A DNA stretch of 47,906 bases from Kiritimatiellia bacterium (lineage in GTDB: Bacteria; Verrucomicrobiota; Kiritimatiellia; RFP12; UBA1067): positions 1 through 47,906 of the forward strand of contig JAGCMU010000038.1 in assembly GCA_017646325.1 (NCBI GenBank), written 5' to 3'. Position numbers and translations under genes: made by a program. Shown here piece after piece: positions 8,971-18,531 of the stretch. Within the stretch, counting starts at the first letter, position 1, and every line of letters begins with the position of its first letter. The notes beneath the pieces were generated by a model. The model saw only the letters and a list, made by a program, of their open reading frames with translations. It was not told where the DNA came from and searched no databases.

Positions 8971-11900
8971 TTATTTCATATTGCCCTTGCAAGTTGCTTT
9001 AAGGCCACTTGTGCGTTCAACGATATCGGCCGTGAGAGAAACATTCTCGCCGCCGACAGGGATTATGACAGGCACTTCGCAAACGCCATTAATGAGCTTA
9101 TACGCCTTAGATTCGTCGCGCACGCCCTTTTCATCGGAAATGGCGACATTGACTAATTGGCGTCCCTTTGGAAGGTTTCCATCTGTGTCACGAAGTTCAA
9201 TTCTCAAGACGCCCGCACGTGGATCGGATGTCTTTTTAAATTCGCCTGTAAGAGTTTTCAACTCCGATGGATAAACGCAAAGGATTGCCGCCTCGGCCGC
9301 ATCGACATCAAGTTTCAAAAATGCTCTTCCATCACGATATTCATAAGGAAGCTTCTTTGACGTCATGAAATCGTAAATCGCAGATCCGTTATCAACTTTA
9401 AGCGAAACGATAGACGAACACTTCTTTCCGTAAGGCATATAATCCTTCGCCTCAGGACGATACGTGCTGAATGGACCAGGCGTGCGTGTGTCGTTTAAGC
9501 AGAGGAACGTGTTAACCTTACCTTCTGAAATACGAGGATAAATGCGGAGAACACCATCCGTTTCCTCAACATACGCAGGGCTATTTGCGCGACCCTCGCG
9601 GCGAATATCTTCCGCTAAACCGCGCAAGCGCTCAAAGGATGGCCCCATCTGCGCGAGAAGCGCATTGTAGTTGTTGTAGTAATTCGTCTTAGGCTTACCA
9701 TCATCAAAGCGAGTTGCATTCGGGTATTCCTGACGGCAGAGGAAGTCCGTATAAATCTTGCTGCCGCTCTTCGCCGCCTTCATAATAGAATTGTAATTTT
9801 CACGAATGATGCTGGAAGACGAGGGGAGAAATATGTGGCGATATTTCGAAGCGTTTTTAAGAGTGTTATCACTTAAAATCGTGCACTCGGGAATTACATC
9901 GAAAAGGATTCGCGTAATGTCAAAAACATAACCGCGATACGTCCACAAAATTCCGCTCGTGTGGCCGGTCGTTTCAGAAAGGACTACTGCCACGTTTGGA
10001 GAGTCATACGTATCCATATCTTGCAGCAACATAAACGCGGGCAATAAATCCTTACGCATCTTTTCGCCGAAGCGATGACCTACGCCCTTTTCCGCATACG
10101 CCTTTCCAGCAACTGGCTTATCGGCATATTTTTCTCCTTCCGACCATCCGCAAAGGTCAAAGTAACTCATCGCATTTGCACGCGTCACACCCATTACGGC
10201 ATACGTCTTCATGAGCATTTCTTCATACGTATGCGACAAAACCACCTTACCCTCGCACCCAGGAACATTCGCCCTCAAGTTGGGACACGACCCCATTCCC
10301 AATGTCGGCATAAACGAAGTACCCACTTCACGTGCTGCTACGTATGAACGTTTAAGACGAGAGACGACGCGATCGAGCGGATATTCATACGCCCAATATG
10401 CAGTCATATCAACGCCATAAGGACAGCTCGGTTCTGCCCAAACGAGGTTGCCTGGGGAAAGAGCGTGTGCGACTTCGCAATCCATTCTATTTACTTGCAA
10501 AACCGGATCGCCTTCTGTATCCAACCAGCGAAGCATCTTCAAATCGTTATCAAGATCAATAATACCATCTTGTGGCGCCTTCCAACCCTTTGGACGAAGG
10601 AGCGAAAATGCAGGTCCGCAAATGTCGCCCTTTGGCTCAAACCCAAGCGACGAACGAGCAAAGTCCACCCACTTAGGAAGATTGATTGCACGTCTGACAT
10701 TACGGATGCCTGCCGCTTCCGTACTCGTCATCGTCATCGTCCAGTTCGCGCGTCCTGCGTGTCTGCGCAATTTTGCTTCTACGCCTTGCTTGATCTTTTG
10801 TTCATCAAAACCAGTATTAAATCCGTCTTTATAGTTGAAGAGGTAAACTGCATAGTGATGTCCCTTACGTTGCAAATAATCAAGCTGCTCAGATGGAGTA
10901 TAGGCATTGTAATGCATAACGTTCATACCTGCATCGAGCGCATATTCAGTCTTAATCGGCACGCTTCCGCCCCAGTTGAAAACACGGAAGGCATTACGAT
11001 CGAACGATGGCACAATCTCGTATGTGCCACTGATAGACAAACGCCTTACGCTACTTTTAGCGATCTTTTTACGCATCGCAGATGTAACAGATTCATCGAA
11101 TTTTAACATACCCTTTGGACACTCTAAGGCGACCATCTTAAAGCTCACATTTCCAGTTGGGAAAAGGCGGGCGTCAAAAGGAATCGTAACTAAATTCACA
11201 CCCTTTGTGAGATCTGAAACGACAGTCTTGTTTGAAAGGTTACCAATCTTAAGATTGAAAATACCTTGACAATCTTTAGGCACGTGAACTGTAAATGCGG
11301 CACGTGAATTCTTTTCGTTTCTTGGGAAGAGCCTACATCCAATCGGCTCTGTGAGCCACTTCGTCTTTTGCGCAAACGGACTCTTTTCGTTTACTATGCG
11401 AGTAACGACTTCTGGCGACAAGGTTTTATCAAAGAGCGCAACGTCATCGAGAATAAAGTCACTCATTTGATTTCCGCGCCACCCAGCAGCACCAATGCGC
11501 AAAAGGGAAATTGGCGGTTGATGTTTTACGATTGAACGCTTTAACCGGGCAAACTCTTTCCCGTTTCGATAGATTACTGCATTCGTTGGCGACCACGTCA
11601 CTGCAATATGCTGCCAATTTTTATCAGTTGGATCAAGAGGCGACTTTGTTCTTGTCGAACCGCGACCCAAAGAGAAGACGCCATCAGAAAATGAAATCCT
11701 ATCCCAAACGAAGAATTCCAAAAAGGAATTGCTGAGGTTAGACAATTCAGGATATTTCACCCAAGCGGTAAACGAGCCTTCTTTAAAAGGAAACTCCACT
11801 TTGTACTTATCTAAATGAATTGTAATTGCACCTGATTCACTTGCGCGTCCACCTTCAACCCAAATCCCAGGCGCAGGCTTTCTTGAATGAAGCGGAGACA

Positions 11901-12546
11901 GTTGCTGGATTTCATAGAGAGAGCGCTTCAAACTAAATGGAGAAGAGTCCTTCGTTGCAAAAGTAAAACCGACGTTGCGCTGTTCATGGCGAGCATCCAT
12001 CATCGAATAGACGGCAACTCTCTGCCAATCTCCAGTAAGTTTTACGGTTGCTGGAATTACTTCATCTTCAACGTAACGGGCATCTTTCGCCGTTTTATCG
12101 AGCGACTTTACGATGCTCGTCCACTTTTCCTCAATTCTAGAGCGCATCGCGCGGCGATTGGAAAAGGTGACTTTCATTTCAAGTTCCGCACCCTTGCGTC
12201 CTTTCACCCACGCACTCACCACGTGAGCATCACGAAAGTATGTACGCCAACGAGTCTCTCCCTTAACGGTGAAATTATTTAAAGCGAATACACCATTAGC
12301 AACATTCGTCGACAACACAGAATACGCATATGGAAGATGGTTATAACTTAACGGCGCATAATGATAAGCATTTCCATTACGACCTTTCACTATACGATCT
12401 TCAGTAAGCCCGAATGGGATTACCGTATCTTTAAGTTGTGTAGGCGAATCATAATCGCATGAAAATAATGGGTCGGGGATTTCAACCTTTGCTGCATTAC
12501 TTAGAAAAGCACTCAACAGAGAAAAGAGCGTTACAATCTTTTTCAT
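8971..12546 (-). CDS. Secreted 1191-aa LamG-domain protein with a TIM-barrel-like glycan-active C-terminal region
   Basis: Signal peptide MKKIVTLFSLLSAFLSNAA. LamG-type block WQHIAVTWSPTNAVIYRNGKEF...FILDDVALFDKTLSPEVV. SD GGAAGGTG lies upstream. Confidence 0.7.
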   Translation of the reverse strand: MKKIVTLFSLLSAFLSNAAKVEIPDPLFSCDYDSPTQLKDTVIPFGLTEDRIVKGRNGNAYHYAPLSYNHLPYAYSVLSTNVANGVFALNNFTVKGETRWRTYFRDAHVVSAWVKGRKGAELEMKVTFSNRRAMRSRIEEKWTSIVKSLDKTAKDARYVEDEVIPATVKLTGDWQRVAVYSMMDARHEQRNVGFTFATKDSSPFSLKRSLYEIQQLSPLHSRKPAPGIWVEGGRASESGAITIHLDKYKVEFPFKEGSFTAWVKYPELSNLSNSFLEFFVWDRISFSDGVFSLGRGSTRTKSPLDPTDKNWQHIAVTWSPTNAVIYRNGKEFARLKRSIVKHQPPISLLRIGAAGWRGNQMSDFILDDVALFDKTLSPEVVTRIVNEKSPFAQKTKWLTEPIGCRLFPRNEKNSRAAFTVHVPKDCQGIFNLKIGNLSNKTVVSDLTKGVNLVTIPFDARLFPTGNVSFKMVALECPKGMLKFDESVTSAMRKKIAKSSVRRLSISGTYEIVPSFDRNAFRVFNWGGSVPIKTEYALDAGMNVMHYNAYTPSEQLDYLQRKGHHYAVYLFNYKDGFNTGFDEQKIKQGVEAKLRRHAGRANWTMTMTSTEAAGIRNVRRAINLPKWVDFARSSLGFEPKGDICGPAFSLLRPKGWKAPQDGIIDLDNDLKMLRWLDTEGDPVLQVNRMDCEVAHALSPGNLVWAEPSCPYGVDMTAYWAYEYPLDRVVSRLKRSYVAAREVGTSFMPTLGMGSCPNLRANVPGCEGKVVLSHTYEEMLMKTYAVMGVTRANAMSYFDLCGWSEGEKYADKPVAGKAYAEKGVGHRFGEKMRKDLLPAFMLLQDMDTYDSPNVAVVLSETTGHTSGILWTYRGYVFDITRILFDVIPECTILSDNTLKNASKYRHIFLPSSSSIIRENYNSIMKAAKSGSKIYTDFLCRQEYPNATRFDDGKPKTNYYNNYNALLAQMGPSFERLRGLAEDIRREGRANSPAYVEETDGVLRIYPRISEGKVNTFLCLNDTRTPGPFSTYRPEAKDYMPYGKKCSSIVSLKVDNGSAIYDFMTSKKLPYEYRDGRAFLKLDVDAAEAAILCVYPSELKTLTGEFKKTSDPRAGVLRIELRDTDGNLPKGRQLVNVAISDEKGVRDESKAYKLINGVCEVPVIIPVGGENVSLTADIVERTSGLKATCKGNMK

Positions 12547-12566
12547 TTAGTTTCACCTTCCTTAAT

Positions 12567-15500
12567 TTACCTGATTTTAAGTTCCTGCGAACTCTTAATT
12601 CCCGTCGCTACGTCAGTAACTTCAAGTGTAAACGAGTCTACCGATTCATTCCAAGCAATAGCTATATCGAGAGACATCTTTCCATTCTTAGCATCCACGA
12701 CACGGTATGGAATTGGCGGCAAACGCTCTGGAGTATATCCGCCTGGAGGAACTAAGTCAACTCTAAAGACGTGCGTAGAAATCGAACTCTTCTTCGCTGC
12801 CGAAGTTACGAGTTCAGCTTCAATATGCAAGGTGTCTCCACGTTTTATTTCCGCAGGTGCAGAAACATTCATTCCCTTCACCTCATATGGCAAGCGAGAA
12901 TAAAATTTCGTATCAAAGCCCGTAATCGTCATATCAACTTTATCGACAAAGCCAAAAGCCTTACCAGTGCGGATATCATACGTCCATGCTTTTTTAAGGA
13001 AGCGCAATTCTGCGACACCCGGCAAAACATCGCCCGCTGCAGGCTTCTTTTCAAACCCGACAAATTCTTGACCTTCACGGGTAAAGCGAGTTATTTCCGT
13101 ATTATGAACTCTCTTTCCGTTATCTTTCCATTTGGCGACGATTTGACGCTCGGGACCATTGCCGAGGGCAAGTGACGCGCGAAGCGCTGCATTTGCACTC
13201 TCGTCGATAGGTGTTCCCGGGGTGAACTTAAATGCGACTGCATTGAAATTGAAGAGAATCGCATGCCCCTTTCCATACTTGTTCATGAAAAACGCTTCCG
13301 TGCCCGATGAAGTTTTTCCAAATGCTTGAGCTCCATTGGCACGATAGGATGTATCAACATCAACTGTCATATTGAACGCTTCGCCGCCAAAGGCTGAAAT
13401 ATTAAGTTTTTCACTTTTTACTTTTGCTTCAAGGCCTTCACGACGGACGCCGAAAACATCATCCAAACTTCCCGATTGAAGAAGCGATCCGTCCTTTGCC
13501 ACAGTTGCTGGGCGGAAATCGGCAATTACAGTTCCGCCATTCTTGACGAACGCGCGAATATTATCGCACACTTTCTTAGAAAGCATTTGTGCGGCGGGAA
13601 GAATAAGAACCTTTGCCTTTTCTTTCTCAAGAGCATTTCCGGCAATATCGCCGTCGAAAATATAATCATACTGAAAGCCTGCATTCTCAAGAACAATCTG
13701 GAAAACCTTACAGCAGGATTCAACATTACCAAGATCATCTCTTAAACCTTCAAGGAAACTTGAATCCGTACTTCTGAGAAGACGAATACCGTCATTTTCT
13801 CTATTTGAGCGCAGCATGAGAGAAACTGGCCCTCTCTTAAGTTCACGATAGGCATTCAAGGTATATCCGCTGTAGCCATCTTCAACGGAAAGGTCTCCAC
13901 GTAATGCATAGCATGGCGTCCAGAACCATCCCATGTTCGCGCCTGTCAAAACGCTGTGCCACACATCCCATTCGCGTTGCGAACGAGATTGAAGAGCAGA
14001 CCCGTACGTCCCAAGCGTATCGCCAACCATACCTCCGGTTTTCTTTAGGCGGCGGAAAATTTCCGTCTCGCGATGCTTCATCCAATATGGACACGTTGAT
14101 CCGAGTGTCATGATGCACGGCTCAATGAGATTGTAATACCCCGTACAGCCCATAAAGATTTGAATCGTGGGATCGACCTTCCTCACGGCCTCCCGCGCCG
14201 CGGAAAGTTCTCCAATGGCGATATGCTTCATATATTCACGGCGATCAAGTTCGGCAGCATAAAATTTCTTGTGCTGCAAATCAACGATTGATTCCTGCGT
14301 GATTTCAAAGAAATCCTTGAAGGAGCTTTTCCACGCCGCGTTCAATTTTTCAATTGTTCCATAACGTTTATCCTTCAACCAGAAAAGGAATTCGACAAAC
14401 TCGGATGAAGGAGACGGCTTGATCGAGCGAATCACATCCTTCGTCAATTCCTTCCAAGAGGAAATATTTGTACCGTTTTGGCGATTGAAATGTTCAACGC
14501 CGTTCTTTTGCGTATACGTTGAGCGTATCGCTTTTGCAATATCAGCGTAATCTTCAGGGTAAAGATTTGCCTCAAGCAACTTCGGCAACCCCTTCAAGGG
14601 TCTTAATTGATTTACGAGCTGGGTAAACTTGTAACCGCGGAAAACGATGCCGCGGACCTTGCACCATTTTTCAATAACGCTGTATTCCTTCTGCCCCGTC
14701 GCCGCCGCTTCTGCGCTGATACGCTTGCCGAGGTCATGAAAATACATTGGCGCCCAATCGGGAGTTGTTCCGGAAAACTTCGTTGGAACACTTGAGTCGT
14801 CGCCGCATGAAATGAAGAGGCCGTTTTTATCTGCAATTTTCGCGGCTGTCTTTGTGAATCTTTCTGCCATCGTACGAAGGAAGTACGGAGAGGCCATTGA
14901 GCCATCCATCTCACTATACCCACCTGCGATACGGTCGCGAATTACGGGATCTCCACCAAACATCAATCTCAAGGGCGAGCCATCTTGACAACATCCGATG
15001 CCGTAATAATCAAGCGTTGCCAAACGATGAAGTCCGTTATATCCACCTTGGTCAAACCCATCGGAAAAAATAGTATAATCGTCGCGGCGGCCAATCTTGC
15101 GATAAATATCTTTTTCCATTTTATCGACAAGACTTCCCTTTGCATCAACTAAGTTTGCAACGATAAAGTGACAGTTTTCGACAAGTCTCTTCATTGGGAA
15201 AGAAACTTGCGTCTTACCCGTTTTTGCATCAACCTTAAAAACACCCTTTTCGATGATGCGCCCGCGCGGATCTCGGAGGGACACATCAAGACTCAATCCT
15301 TCAACTGGATTCGAAACAGAAACCGTTGCGCCTATGTTATCGTACTTTTTGAATATGCGTCCACGAGGTGTGATGCTTTCAATTTTCGCAGGCGGCAAGA
15401 CAGCCTTGCATGAACTTGTGCAACGGCACAATTCACTGCTCTTTATTTCCACATCAAAAAGGCAAGAACCCCAATCGAAAACTTTAGCCTTTGTAAAGCC

Positions 15501-17720
15501 TTTGCCGTCGTAATCCTTTTCTCCGTCAATAATAAATGCGTCTGCATAATGACGACCCATATCAAGCTGCCCAACATCAAATGTGGCGTGGTAAAAAGGA
15601 CGCTCTTGACCATTTGAAGAAATGTCGGTAGAGAAGGGACCGGCGACAACATCGCCTTTAGAATTACGGATGACGAGCGCAACGCGCGAAGGTGTTTCTT
15701 TAAGCCCTGTCACTTCAACATCGATAATCGCATTGGAAGATGTGCATTGAGGACGAGATGAAACTTTCTTCACCTTTACGTTTCCACGCAAATCGAGAGC
15801 TTCGGCAACTGCCTTGGCGGCGGCAGCATAACAATATTCATCTTGGAAAAGATCCTTCGGAAGAAAACTCCATCCTGGATACAAAGTCGTATACATCATA
15901 TACGTCGTACCCTTGCCGGTATTCCATACCGAGTATGCTCCCTTGCCGACAGTCGTTGTTCTAAGCGGAGGGAAAGCGCATACTTTCTCTACTGAATCAA
16001 GGCTCTTCACGCCCGTTGATTCTTGATACTTCATGGGGCGAGGAATAGTTGAAAGGAAATCTTTATTTTCCTTTAAGGAGTATCCCCAATCGTCGCCATT
16101 AATCGTAATTGCTCTTGCTCCGTTAAGCAAACGTTCTGCAATTGCACACTGAATACGAAGCGGTAAAAGCGACGGAGAATTACCGACAAAAATATAGTCG
16201 TCGTAATTATTTTTTGCGAGAGTCGTCTCGAGCATCGCATGTTTTTCTTTTTCCGTGTAATAATGTTGTTCGGTGATTGGGCGGAACAATCCTCGTTTGA
16301 GATGGAAGGTGTCATTCATTACGAAAACATCGATATCGAGATCGAGGCGGTGCTTGAGTTCCCATGCGGCATAAGCGTCGCCAAATTCCACACACACAAG
16401 AGCCTTGCGCTTACCCGTGGCTGATGGACGAGCCCAACGCACACCGTCATTTACTCTTTGATATGGATTTGGATATGTGCAAGCAAATTGTTTCTCAAGT
16501 GCAGGAGCATTTTCATCTGCAATTAGTTTTGTCGGATAACGAACCTTACCTTCTACAAGCATCAATTTACGAAGCGCATCGTAGTAGGCGTTCTCAATAT
16601 TTAATTTACTTTTTGAAACGAGTTCTTCAAGAGAAGCAAGATCGTCAACATTGCAAGATGTTGCCTTTAAATATTTTTTAAGTATTTCCTCGATTTTTGC
16701 CCTATCCGCAAATGCAGTTGCAAAACAACTCTTATAAAGCCCCTTCTTTGGTTCAGGAACAGCATTTGTCAAATCGTAAAGACGTTTATATTCTTTCAGT
16801 GAATCCTTTGCAAGCTGACGGGCTTTTTCAAGATATCCAAGCTCTGAAACCTTGCCGTCTTCTACCACTACATACGCATTATCCGTCTGCACCAAAACTC
16901 TTTGCTTCCCTAAATCGGGATAGCTTAAGCGTAAGCCGTCCACAACATTTTCAGGCCTCTTCTCAACAAAAATTCCACGTCCATGGAGAGTTGAATGTTG
17001 ACTTTGCTTGCGGTTTGCCCAACAAAAAACCTGTACGTGGCGAACAGATGTAGGAGAACCATCACTTGCTTTAACATAGTTTTTATTAAAACGAAGACGA
17101 GCCAAGTTCATGCCGAGACGAAATCCAACCTTTGGAGTAGTCCCTATCGACTCATGGGCGATTTTAGCTTCGACCGACCAAAAATTCTTTCCGATGTAAT
17201 GAGCCTTTTCCCAATCGGCGTTGCGCCCGTAATCGGCGTCGACCTCACGACCCCATCCGTTATCGTAATAACGCATAATTTCACGTGCCGACATTGGAAC
17301 GAGAAAAACCTGCGTCTTTGGTAAAGCGCCAGGGTTAGGTCCGTTCAAATGAAATTCAAATGTATCGTGGTTGCAGACTATGCCTGATTCGTCTGCGATA
17401 TCCACTTTGAACTTCGACATATTTTCAGGAGTATCTTCATAACAGATACAGCTGATATAAAGATACTTTTCATCCCACATTATCCGACCTTCTGTCGGCG
17501 GCATGTAAACATCGGCTCCGTAGCAATACATACTACAGCCGCCAAAGTCCGAAATTTTTGCAGCCTTGCCCCATTCCTTTTCGTCAACCTTTCCGTCAAT
17601 TTCCACGGGAGCAACAGCCTTTGGAATAAAGGTCAACTTATATTCGTGACACTCTTCTGCACATAACGCACCACCAAAAAAAGAAAATGCCGCTACAACG
17701 CATAAAATTATTCTCTTCAT
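12567..17720 (-). CDS. Giant secreted multi-domain protein B, a paralogue of protein A with the same architecture
   Basis: 1717-aa ORF, colinear with protein A from the signal peptide (…AEECHEYKLTFIPKA versus …DECHEYKLLFVPKA) to the C-terminus (EVTDVATGIKSSQELKIR versus EVTDIATGKKSTQKIVIK). SD AGGAGA lies upstream. Confidence 0.85.
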   Translation of the reverse strand: MKRIILCVVAAFSFFGGALCAEECHEYKLTFIPKAVAPVEIDGKVDEKEWGKAAKISDFGGCSMYCYGADVYMPPTEGRIMWDEKYLYISCICYEDTPENMSKFKVDIADESGIVCNHDTFEFHLNGPNPGALPKTQVFLVPMSAREIMRYYDNGWGREVDADYGRNADWEKAHYIGKNFWSVEAKIAHESIGTTPKVGFRLGMNLARLRFNKNYVKASDGSPTSVRHVQVFCWANRKQSQHSTLHGRGIFVEKRPENVVDGLRLSYPDLGKQRVLVQTDNAYVVVEDGKVSELGYLEKARQLAKDSLKEYKRLYDLTNAVPEPKKGLYKSCFATAFADRAKIEEILKKYLKATSCNVDDLASLEELVSKSKLNIENAYYDALRKLMLVEGKVRYPTKLIADENAPALEKQFACTYPNPYQRVNDGVRWARPSATGKRKALVCVEFGDAYAAWELKHRLDLDIDVFVMNDTFHLKRGLFRPITEQHYYTEKEKHAMLETTLAKNNYDDYIFVGNSPSLLPLRIQCAIAERLLNGARAITINGDDWGYSLKENKDFLSTIPRPMKYQESTGVKSLDSVEKVCAFPPLRTTTVGKGAYSVWNTGKGTTYMMYTTLYPGWSFLPKDLFQDEYCYAAAAKAVAEALDLRGNVKVKKVSSRPQCTSSNAIIDVEVTGLKETPSRVALVIRNSKGDVVAGPFSTDISSNGQERPFYHATFDVGQLDMGRHYADAFIIDGEKDYDGKGFTKAKVFDWGSCLFDVEIKSSELCRCTSSCKAVLPPAKIESITPRGRIFKKYDNIGATVSVSNPVEGLSLDVSLRDPRGRIIEKGVFKVDAKTGKTQVSFPMKRLVENCHFIVANLVDAKGSLVDKMEKDIYRKIGRRDDYTIFSDGFDQGGYNGLHRLATLDYYGIGCCQDGSPLRLMFGGDPVIRDRIAGGYSEMDGSMASPYFLRTMAERFTKTAAKIADKNGLFISCGDDSSVPTKFSGTTPDWAPMYFHDLGKRISAEAAATGQKEYSVIEKWCKVRGIVFRGYKFTQLVNQLRPLKGLPKLLEANLYPEDYADIAKAIRSTYTQKNGVEHFNRQNGTNISSWKELTKDVIRSIKPSPSSEFVEFLFWLKDKRYGTIEKLNAAWKSSFKDFFEITQESIVDLQHKKFYAAELDRREYMKHIAIGELSAAREAVRKVDPTIQIFMGCTGYYNLIEPCIMTLGSTCPYWMKHRETEIFRRLKKTGGMVGDTLGTYGSALQSRSQREWDVWHSVLTGANMGWFWTPCYALRGDLSVEDGYSGYTLNAYRELKRGPVSLMLRSNRENDGIRLLRSTDSSFLEGLRDDLGNVESCCKVFQIVLENAGFQYDYIFDGDIAGNALEKEKAKVLILPAAQMLSKKVCDNIRAFVKNGGTVIADFRPATVAKDGSLLQSGSLDDVFGVRREGLEAKVKSEKLNISAFGGEAFNMTVDVDTSYRANGAQAFGKTSSGTEAFFMNKYGKGHAILFNFNAVAFKFTPGTPIDESANAALRASLALGNGPERQIVAKWKDNGKRVHNTEITRFTREGQEFVGFEKKPAAGDVLPGVAELRFLKKAWTYDIRTGKAFGFVDKVDMTITGFDTKFYSRLPYEVKGMNVSAPAEIKRGDTLHIEAELVTSAAKKSSISTHVFRVDLVPPGGYTPERLPPIPYRVVDAKNGKMSLDIAIAWNESVDSFTLEVTDVATGIKSSQELKIR

Positions 17721-17722
17721 AA

Positions 17723-18475
17723 TTATTCAATCTCCTGAAACACATTTAACTTTTTCTTGGCAGGATATCCAATCAACGATTCATATGCTTCACCATATTT
17801 TACAGGTCTAACCATTTGAGCCCCTCTAAAAAGCGATTCCGGCTCCTTAAAGCGTACAAGAAAATCATTCTTGTTCTGCGACTTCCACTTTCGCATCAAT
17901 CGAACCTTTTCATCCCACACGTCCGTTATATCCACGTAATGGTGTGGATGGAAATTATGCGTTTCGCCAATTCCACCTTCCTCGTAAAAATATACTTCCG
18001 GATATGCCTTTGTCTTCATGATCGCCGCCCAGCAAGCAGCATAGCACATAACGTGGTCTACATGCAAGTCAACAGGAGCGTGAAGGAACACGGCGCGCGG
18101 CTTTAACTTCTTTAATATCTCATAGACCTTCGTAACGGCTTCGGGAGTGGCAAAGGCTCCCCCGTCGATTTGCCCGACCCAATGAACATCTGCACCTAAT
18201 TCTTTTGCAACCGATTCTTCTTCCGCCTGACGAATCGCCCGAGCCTCTTCATGTGTCTTGCCCTTTACCCCGCGCTCGCCGCCTGTAAAATCAATAACGT
18301 GTAATTTAAAACGATTCTTTGCTTTTATCGCAAATCCAAGACACCCTTCCAAATCATCAGGATGCGCAGAACAAATGACGATATTTTCTTTTGCTTTAGT
18401 CTCCGTGAAATTTTCGGAGTGAAGGACACCTGCAAAACATACTACCCAAAGGCCTACTGCAATTATTTTTTTCAT
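17723..18475 (-). CDS. PIG-L/LmbE-family N-acetylglucosaminyl deacetylase with an N-terminal signal peptide
   Basis: Motifs VICSAHPDDLEGCLG and HVDHVMCY (PIG-L AHPDD and HxDH). The N-terminus is MKKIIAVGLWVVCFAGVLHS. Confidence 0.8.
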   Translation of the reverse strand: MKKIIAVGLWVVCFAGVLHSENFTETKAKENIVICSAHPDDLEGCLGFAIKAKNRFKLHVIDFTGGERGVKGKTHEEARAIRQAEEESVAKELGADVHWVGQIDGGAFATPEAVTKVYEILKKLKPRAVFLHAPVDLHVDHVMCYAACWAAIMKTKAYPEVYFYEEGGIGETHNFHPHHYVDITDVWDEKVRLMRKWKSQNKNDFLVRFKEPESLFRGAQMVRPVKYGEAYESLIGYPAKKKLNVFQEIE

Positions 18476-18490
18476 TTTTCCACTTTCCTA

Positions 18491-18520
18491 AAATAAGACT
18501 CTTCGCATTTGAAGAGTCTT
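18491..18520 (-). terminator. Intrinsic-terminator-like hairpin between the 890-aa gene and the PIG-L gene
   Basis: 10-bp perfect stem AAGACTCTTC/GAAGAGTCTT at 18495-18520 with a 6-nt loop. On the minus strand it is followed by AUUUUAGG. Confidence 0.45.
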
Positions 18521-18531
18521 TATCATTTTAT

